From Klebsormidium nitens (taxonomy: Eukaryota > Plantae > Klebsormidiophyceae): a DNA stretch of 64,000 nucleotides. The notes under the pieces were generated by a model, which had not been told where the DNA came from, did not search any database, and saw only the letters and a list, made by a program, of their open reading frames with translations. The stretch lies in NCBI GenBank assembly GCA_000708835.1, contig DF237044.1:145762-209761 (forward strand). The letters run 5' to 3'. Below, piece after piece: positions 56,001 to 64,000 of this stretch (position 1 is the stretch's first letter; each line of letters starts with the position of its first letter). A program made the position numbers and the translations under genes.

Positions 56001-59000
56001 GCCGATCCCGGTGTCTTCCACCGTCATCACGAGCCGCACCGCGTCCGCGCACTCGCACGCGCGCGCGCTGACGGCGCTGACGTCAGCCCCGGTCTGCCAG
56101 GCCGCGGTGCTGGGGGGGCTGAGGTTGAGGAACAGTCCCCGCTCCGCGAGAAACGTCCCTTGGCTAACGTGAGAAACGCTGCAGTCGAAGTCGTTGCCAT
56201 CGGTGGCTGGGCCCCCCGAACCGAAGCTGCCTCCCCAGGAAGACGCTTTTGGCGATCCGGGGGGGGTGTTTGACGGGGGGTCGAGCGGAGGGGAGGAGAG
56301 TGAGCCGCGGCCGCTCGGCTGCGGCTGCACTTGGATGCAGACGAAGACGCTCCCGCCCTTGGTGAACTTGACCTGGAGGAAGAAGTCTACGTCTTCAAAA
56401 ACATGCAAGGCAGATAGCGTTTCTACTTTATAAAGTGGTTAAGAGAACCAGCTGAAGGCAGGTTGCCAAATGCCCTTACAGCTTCGTACCGTATATTCTT
56501 GACACCGTGGATCTGGCCGTGCAAGATGTGTCCGAACAACGGCTTTCACACGACCGCAGGTCTCGCTTCAAAGACCTCAAGATGAACGGTGTCTGCGCGC
56601 AAACAGCCTCTCAGAAGACAGAACTGAGCCTCAAGCGTGGCCGTCTCTAACTGAACTGCCCACATTGCAGGCCATCTCCATAAACCCCTTCTCGTCCTTT
56701 TTTCCAAAGGTTCTATCATCACATCACGTCCTTGCACGCTCTGGTGCGAAAACGAATAGTCAAAGGGCGGGCCCTGTTCCTCACCGCGTTGCCGACGAGG
56801 TTGATGAGCACTTGGCGGATGCGCCCGAGATCGCCAACTAGACGTGGGGGCACCTCGTCCAGAACAAGGCCTCCCAGCTCCAGCTGCCGCTGCCGCGCCT
56901 TGTCCTCGAAGAGGCCCAGTATGTCGTCCAACTGCGGACCGGCAAAGAAAAGAAGCTCTGAGCTTCAAGGCTTTTTGAACGGTTAAAAAGCTCAAAGGCT
57001 AAGGTCTGAAGATCGCTCGAGGGTGATGGTCGCAGAGCACGTTCACAAGCAGATGCGTGGCAGACGGGCAGCTGCAGTAGAGCGGTTAGGATTGATAGAG
57101 ACTCAAAAGACGGTCAGAGCGACAAGGCTTCTGGGAAAAAAAGATCTGAAGTAAGAATACAAAGGCTCTTGTACGATGCGCCCAGAAGAAAAGGCTTCGA
57201 GGAATCGAGCCGTTAAGCCTCGCTTTCTCGTGCTCAGGTTGCCCTTCAATGTATGTAAAAACTCAGTGCAACGCCAACCAAGCCCTGCCGAAACATCAGG
57301 AACGCCACGCTCAGCGCTCTCCTTATCCTGCAATCAGGCTAGATGAACGTTTCTTCCTTCTGCTGAGTCGCCTGTATTCAACAGCAGATTCTTTCTATCT
57401 TTTTGTGCCCCTCACCTCGGCCCGGATGTCGAAAATGACTTCTTCCAGGTCCATCTTGCCAGCCTCGATTCTGGACAGGTCCAGCACGTCCGACACGATT
57501 TGGACGAGCGCATTCCCGCTGGCGTGCGCGGTCTTGACGTAGTCTAGTTGCTGGGGGTCTAGGTCGGTCGAGAGCAGCAAATTTGTCATTCCGATCATGC
57601 CGTTCATCTGCGGCGGCGGAAAGCAAGTGTCAGAATGGAACAGATACTGCTGAGCGGTGCTGGTGTCGAGCCAGTACAAGGGGAGGTGAACCGCAAGGTC
57701 CAAAATAGGCAACGCTCAGCCCGTCGCACCCTTTTCAGATATATGCAAGAGCGTGAATCGCTTTGATGATTGCTCTACTTCTGTATTGTCGCAAGAACCC
57801 CCGTACCCAAGGACGATCGACGAACCACATGGTCTACAGTAGCATTCTGAGCAGTCCAACAGAGTCAGCAGAGGGCTATCAGTACTGTCCTCAGGCTTTT
57901 GGATTCAAAAACTTTGAGCTGGGATTTACGCTTGTTCAGCAGAAGACTGACTTTCTCGAGCAAGCAAAAGTTGCGCTGTGAGTTCCTAGCGAGTCGAGCC
58001 TGAGTGCCTACAAAGATGCCTTACCGGCGTCCTGATCTCGTGCGACACAGTCGACACGAACTGCGTCTTGGCCCTGCACAGCAAAAGCATTAGCGGTCAC
58101 TTCAGTATCTTCAGTACCTCAACACCCAGATATCAGCTTAATTTGAAACTGCATCAGCATTAAGCAGTCAGACGTGCGGACAGGTAACGTGCGTACACAT
58201 ATGAAGAGCTGCTGGTCTCTACAGAGGCACCGGAGCGTGCCACGGAGGCAACGAGTCTCTGCACGGAGGCCACATTCGTCCGCACCTGTCCGCAGCCTCG
58301 GCGGCCAGTTTGGCTTTGGTCAGCTCCAGATTGAGGCGGCTCATCTTACGTATGTCCGCTTCCACCGCCTCCATTCGCTTGAACTGGACACAGAAAACGG
58401 GACGATGAGACAAAGATCGGATGAAACCATGTCAGAGCTTCTAAAAGACTTTGAGTGTTTGAAGTGCAGGACAGACCAAGATGGGGTGTTGGCGCAAACT
58501 ACGCAACTTTATGTTGCGAATTCGGAGTGCCAACAACGCTTTGGTATGGTAAAAGGAGCGCAGAAGGAGACCCTGCAAGGTGCTTGTCTTTCTTCAAAGA
58601 CGGTACAATCTGACGCTACCGGATGCGAAACAGTCCTTCCAATTGTCAACGCGAAAGATGAAGAAACGGAGCGGCTCAACGCCACAGAAAAGGGAAAGTC
58701 TCCTTGAAAGTTCAGGCAGCAAGCTGGTTCGATCAATGCTTCGACCTTTTTCTGGGACATGGGAAGTGTAAGGCTTTGCACAGCAAGCCTCTCCCTAAGC
58801 TTCCCGGTTGGCCCAAATAAATAAAACAACGCAGCGCAATTGTCATCAATAATGACGCAGACAAACAACGGTTGGCAGAGAAGCCAGCAAAAAGAGGCGG
58901 CTCACCTGCACGTGCATCACGATGCTGCTCAGTACGACTATGACCAGGATCAGCGCGAGCCACGTGACCGCGTTTTCGGCGGCGTCCAGCGCCATGTTGG

Positions 59001-62000
59001 ACGGGTTCTTGCACCGAATCTCGTAAGTGTTGTTCCCCACGTTGAAGCGCGTCGAGTGGTCGTACTTGGAAGGAAGCAGCGCGGCCACCGCGGTGTCGTT
59101 CAGCTCGTGGATGCGGTTGCCGTAGAGGAATATGGGCGCCGCGCCGTTGGTGACGTCAAAGCCGTAACTGCAAGATACGCAAAAAAGCGGGTGAGAAAGG
59201 ATTGAGTGGGAAGAAATAAAACAACAAGAAGAGGAGGAGAAAGAGCGGAGGATCGAAACGATGGAGGGTTGAAACATGCTGACGGCCGTCGCTAAGTCCC
59301 CTTGGCCGATGTCTCCGTCGGTGGACGAGAACAGTAGTCCACTACGACTTCCTACACAACCCTTGCGCTCTAACGCAAGTTGCCGGCTCGTTTTTGTTTC
59401 GCTCGTGCAGATTTTGCGGACGGCTTGGCTCACATGTCAAGGGAGTCGCCCTCATGCTCCCGGTATGGCTGTAGCGCTTCCTGAAAGAGCGTGTAGAGGT
59501 TGAAGGTTGCCCCCACGAAGCCGGTGCACGCCGCCCGGCGCTGGGTCACACTAGCCAAAAAAGGTTTGAAGCCCTTGGTGTAAACAGGGTAGTAGCCGGT
59601 CACTCTCCGGATGGCGGCCAACGAGCTGGGCTTGGTGATTGACAGGCAGCCGCCGTCGCGTGCCTGAAGGAAATGGCAGCTATGTCAGGGTTGCGGGCTA
59701 TTTTGCGCTTTGGCTTTTGGTCTGGGGTTGAAAAAGGTGTTGGAACTCTGTTCCCTGAAACCTTAAATACCGTGTGACGCTTTTTTCAAGCCTGCCGGTC
59801 GGACAAAAAGAGTATCTGCTTGTGGCACAGAATGAATCACTCAAATCATGATTCCTCCGACATTTCAAAGGATGCGCTGCAAACGCTAGCAACTCTGATT
59901 TTTCGAAGAGCAGAAACCAAGACCGTAAGCCAACCTGTGGTGATTTTGTGGACCGCGAAGAATATCAACGGATTGGCTGGTCCTTCACCAGGGATTGTAA
60001 ACAAATACAGCGAAAGGTTCTATTTCGAAACACTCCAAGTGCAAACTGCAGCGGAGATTCTCACACTAGCTCGGATACAGAACAACCTGTCATTGTCTAC
60101 AAGCTGACTTTATTCACAAAAACCTGATGACCTTTCTGAGTCGCAACGGAACTGCTCCAGGTCGCTGAAGGAAGTTGAACTCCCTTCCAAAGCATGGTCC
60201 AACCTTGGTCAATCGGTTATGTAGAAAAAAAATCGTTGGAAGCAGGCATGATTGGCGCTGGTATTCACCTGCGCGACTGCAGCACCAAGCGTAGGGTCTG
60301 ACAATGAATCAAACCCCAAGTATTTCACGTTTACGGGCGTTGACACTAGGTGCACCGGAGTGTACTCCTCAGGGTATGCAGGCGCAGGCGAAAATGTGAC
60401 GGTCAGGTTGTCAGGAAGGATGTCCCAAACCAGGATAGGGCTGCAACAAGATACAGAAACAGGTCGGCTGCTTTGCTGACATACGGACTGTAAATAGCAA
60501 AAGCACAGGGCTTAACAATTGTCCCATTTCAGTGGTCCAACCAGTAGCATGCTTGCTTGATAGGAATGCAGCAACCGCAGTTGTTTTTGAAGGCTTTGGT
60601 TCCGCCTTCATGTCGAAGGATGATTTGCAGACTGTGTTCTGCAGTACCAGGTTGCAAGCTGAGAACGTGTTGGCAGAGAGGCAGCGACAATGCTTCCAGA
60701 GGTGAGCCCTTTGCTGGGAAGCCTTTATAAGCTTTCAAAGTCAGCATACTTCAGGGCCTCAGGGGGGAAAAGCATGCATCTGTTCTGTCAAAGCACGTTT
60801 CTGCTTCTGAATTAGGCACGTATTTGGCAAGACACAAATGGAGTCCAAATTTTTCTGCATGGCGCTTGATATCCATGCAAACCAAGAATCTTTACTTTGT
60901 TTCTTTGTGTGCATCCGTATCCATGAAAGACACGAGTGTGTCAAAATGAACGGAAGATATTGCAAACAAGCCTCTACATGAAGACAATGACTCACCGGCC
61001 AGTCTGTGCCTCATATGCTGCTCGGTCCTTTGCCAGCACTCTCCTTAGATAAACAACAGACACTGTACGGGGGCGCGTGAACGTGGTGACGTTTGAAAAA
61101 CCTTCAAACTGAGCCTGGGTTGCATTGGGCAACTCTATGATGAGGCCCGTGTAAACCCCCGCTGCATTGAAGTTGCACACAAACTGGGACTCAAGCACCT
61201 GGATCACAAGCGGGAGTGTCAGCTAAGGCAAGAAGCAGAAACTTTTGCGACCTTGTTTCTTGCATCCACTCACTCCATATGATCAAGGTCAGCAAGAAGA
61301 ATGCCACGCAGTTGAGGTGTTTGCTACCACGCCAAATTGTGGAACTGCAATAGGGCAGGCTTAAATCTGTGGCTCAAATGCTTGTGATCTTCCTTCGTGC
61401 CGGACTCAGGAGGGCCCCGACCAGGACAGCTGATGCCTGAGTATTTCGCCTCGCTTAGAGCTTCTGAAGATCACGATTTGTACTGAGCAACAATCTGAAA
61501 TGAGGAACTGACGAGGATTGCCACACGTGCGAACCCCCACTGTCAACACCTGCCGATAAGTGTCTACCAGCTGACGCAAAACAGGAATCTGGTTGAAAGC
61601 TGCAGTGCCTAAATTCACATTGTATTTTGAGGATGTCAGCACTGATGCCATATGCTGATATCTCAACCTGGTCTCATTGGCATACACTTACCTGTGCTCG
61701 ATTTTCGCACTCAAGAACAAAGTTGTCCTTACGGAAGCCCTTGCCCCTTGAATAGAGCAAAGTGAAGACTGCGACTGCAGCGGCCAGCCCGGAGACCAGC
61801 CAGACCAAGAGCAGGGCCCTGTATGCCTTCTTGTGATAGAATCGTTGCCAGAGGAAACCTCTTTTGGAGAGGCCCTGCAAGTCCTGCAAGGCCCCAGGAA
61901 TGCTGAGCTGCACGTGATGCCTCCCATACCCGCTAGCAGAAAGCACGTTGACAAAATGCTGATGAGGAGCTATTCAGCTGTGCACAGGTTATAGCTAGAA

Positions 62001-62222
62001 GTTGCAACCATGTGAACATCCTGCCTACCTGATCAGATCAGACTGCCGGTCCGTAAAATGAACATTGCAATCAATACATGATTGCCTGTCGCAATGCATT
62101 GCTGAACGTAGAAAATAAAATCCCCAGAATATTAATTGCAAGAATGTGCAACACAAGCAAGCCTGCTGGCTGCCCGAGCAGCCAGATGAGCTCATTCTTC
62201 GGTCTGCTGAGCTCCTGAGCAA
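53034..62222 (-). CDS. CHASE-domain hybrid histidine kinase (cytokinin-receptor-like architecture); 5' end unresolved
   Basis: Exons include ..61692, 60996..61198, 60269..60440, 59434..59663, 58906..59167, 58286..58383, 58025..58073, 57416..57607, 56785..56931, 56372..54755 (spans the N gap), 54117..54233, 53380..53671 and 53034..53101. Architecture: TM (RALLLVWLVSG), CHASE, TM (WLALILVIVVLSSIV), H-box TVSHEIRTPMNG, N-box LINLVGNAVKFT, G1 EDTGIGI, G2 GGSGCGLSI, a receiver-like segment, and a receiver with VDD, DLVLMDCQMP and LTADV..YLTKP. Confidence 0.92.
55766..55913. other. Assembly gap (148 N) whose flanks overlap
   Basis: About 60 nt on the two sides are near-identical (CAGGCGCGGCTCTTCCAGCCGTTCTTC...GACAGCGGCAC on the minus strand). 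The copy at higher coordinates has indels typical of a poor read end. Confidence 0.9.
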
Positions 62223-64000
62223 CCTAACAACCTCTCACTGACTTCCACAAGATATGTTTCGAGTGTCAACACCTAAAGCTGCGGGAGATTACGACAGCAA
62301 TCAAACTAGGCCACTCCAAGAGGCACAGGACTCCAATAAGGTGTGCCTGAGAAGGGGCGAAGTGCAGTCAATAGGGCAAGTAGGTACCCAAGCAGGCCAC
62401 CCGCTCACATTGCTGTCAACAGGATTCTCTCCAGTCTCCTGGGGTACAAAACCTGGGTGTCCAGATGTATCCTCGTTCCCCGAGCCCTTGCCCTTCCCTC
62501 TCCAAAGAGGGAAGGAGAGGGCAGGGCGGCGATCCCCCAAAGTGGCAGCCATCACTATGGAGTCCTTCCCAGTGTGCTCAGCTCTTAGCCGTTAGGGGCT
62601 TCCATGTTTGCAGGGTCTCTCCGATGAACACCGGTTGACGTTGCAGGCTCTTCAAAGGAGCAGAAATTCGGACTTTCCTTACTTGGTATTGTTGACCAGC
62701 TTGCATCCACTCCCAATGAAGAAGCATTCAGCTATAGGAGCCAGGCAGCCCTGGCCCTGTATTCAGACTTTGTCTTCCATTACTGACCCCTGGTCTATGG
62801 CATTGGTATGTATTCAAGAGTCAAGGCTCACGCTACCTTGTGAGCATCTTCGCCTGTGAATCCTACTTATGTTCGCTTTCCCATTTTGTGACCCCTCCGA
62901 TGCCAAAGCATGAAAGGAAGAGACCATGATATCTTTTGCTCGTGTGGTGTTGATCCTATCGCCTGGCGTCCGAGTCAATACGATCCGGAGAATAGATTCT
63001 GGTGCGTGCCAAACGACAGCCTGCAGCGCAGCAAAAAGCGTGCTGATTGCGTGCTTCAGCAATGTAATGCAGTACTGGTCACCGTTCAGTATGTGCAGGA
63101 ATGGGGACGGTTCTCCATCGTCCCTATTGCGGGGCCTAAAACAGCATGGCAGAAAGCAAAAGGGACCCCTCCTGCGCTCAGCGCTGACCTGGCCGCCCAA
63201 CTCTTTCGGCTTTTCCTTTCAAAAAGTGCAACTGGCAATCTGACCGAAGGTTGAAAGTTGAAACCGGTACCGTACGAGACCCTATACCGGCTCACCTTAC
63301 TTTCTGAGCGCTGATCTGCAATGCTGGAACCAAATATGGGCCATTTCAGAATCTGCACATATCCTGTCTTTCTGAACCCCATCGAGGGCGGCAGTCGCAT
63401 TTCGATTTTGCCCTGAGGAGGTCATTGCAGGTCTGAAAACCTTAGACTTTGGCCTAAAAGGGCAAGCAAACTTGATGGATCGGCGATCCGCGTAGACTGC
63501 AACAAGAATCAAGATAACAAATAAACCGATCCACTTCTCGACCCGATTCGGTTCTGGCGCTCGTACGGTAGGTACTAGGTACAGGGACGGTGCCCCTCGC
63601 ACCGGTGCAACCTCCAGCTGGCGAGCACCTGACCGTCTGACGGTCACCGTCGCACCACATGTCGCCATGATGTGGGCCCTGCAAAAGACGGTTGCAAGCT
63701 CGTGCAACTTGCAGAAACTTGTCAGAGTGCGCGCACGCGCAAGATTCTTGGCAAATCCAATGACAACGGCAGTGTTCGACACGAGCCGTCACACCAGGCA
63801 ACGGAATTGTCCCTCGGCCGACTGAACCGGGGTCTTTCTGAATTGTTTTAGTGAGAGAAGCCGACCGGTTCAAGTCCCAGCCGACTGACCGGAGAACAGT
63901 CGGCCTGGGAGCCGACGAACTCAAAACTCCGTGTCGAACGCTGGATGTGACGGTTGGATAGGGTTTACACGCTGCCTGTCTACTTCTGGCACATGTGCGG

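Noticed and set aside
62814-63200. ORF listed as MGGQVS...FCFLPCCF, which looks myristoylated/palmitoylated
   Set aside because: The start codon is TTG, not ATG. It may be an internal exon of the kinase 5' region, but I could not link it.

Overview
Eukaryotic, intron-rich genomic DNA. The gene set points to a streptophyte green alga or early-diverging plant; a Klebsormidium-like charophyte is my inference and I could not verify it. I rebuilt exon chains by hand from GT/AG boundaries and reading phase. Genes in order: an orphan membrane-protein gene (-), a plant-type aldo-keto reductase (-), two convergent DnaJ-type Cys zinc-finger genes, protein kish (-), PSA3 (+), TGD3 (-), a class II CPD photolyase (+), an inverted pair of SGNH/PC-esterase-like genes flanking a coactosin-like ADF-H gene and a PIF/Harbinger (Tourist-like) MITE, and a CHASE-domain hybrid histidine kinase (-) whose 5' end is unresolved. 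The most unusual structure is a set of tandem arrays of copied splice junctions (an intron end plus part of the neighbouring exon) inside introns of three unrelated genes. In every acceptor-side array the working exon is the last unit. In the photolyase one duplication covers a whole 72-nt exon, and both copies keep their splice sites, which makes them a candidate mutually exclusive exon pair. Other highlights: the CHASE domain appears to lack the cytokinin-binding Asp and Thr, the photolyase has two in-frame start codons suggesting dual targeting, and kish plus a zinc-finger ORF may be bicistronic. No tRNA, rRNA or CRISPR array was found.
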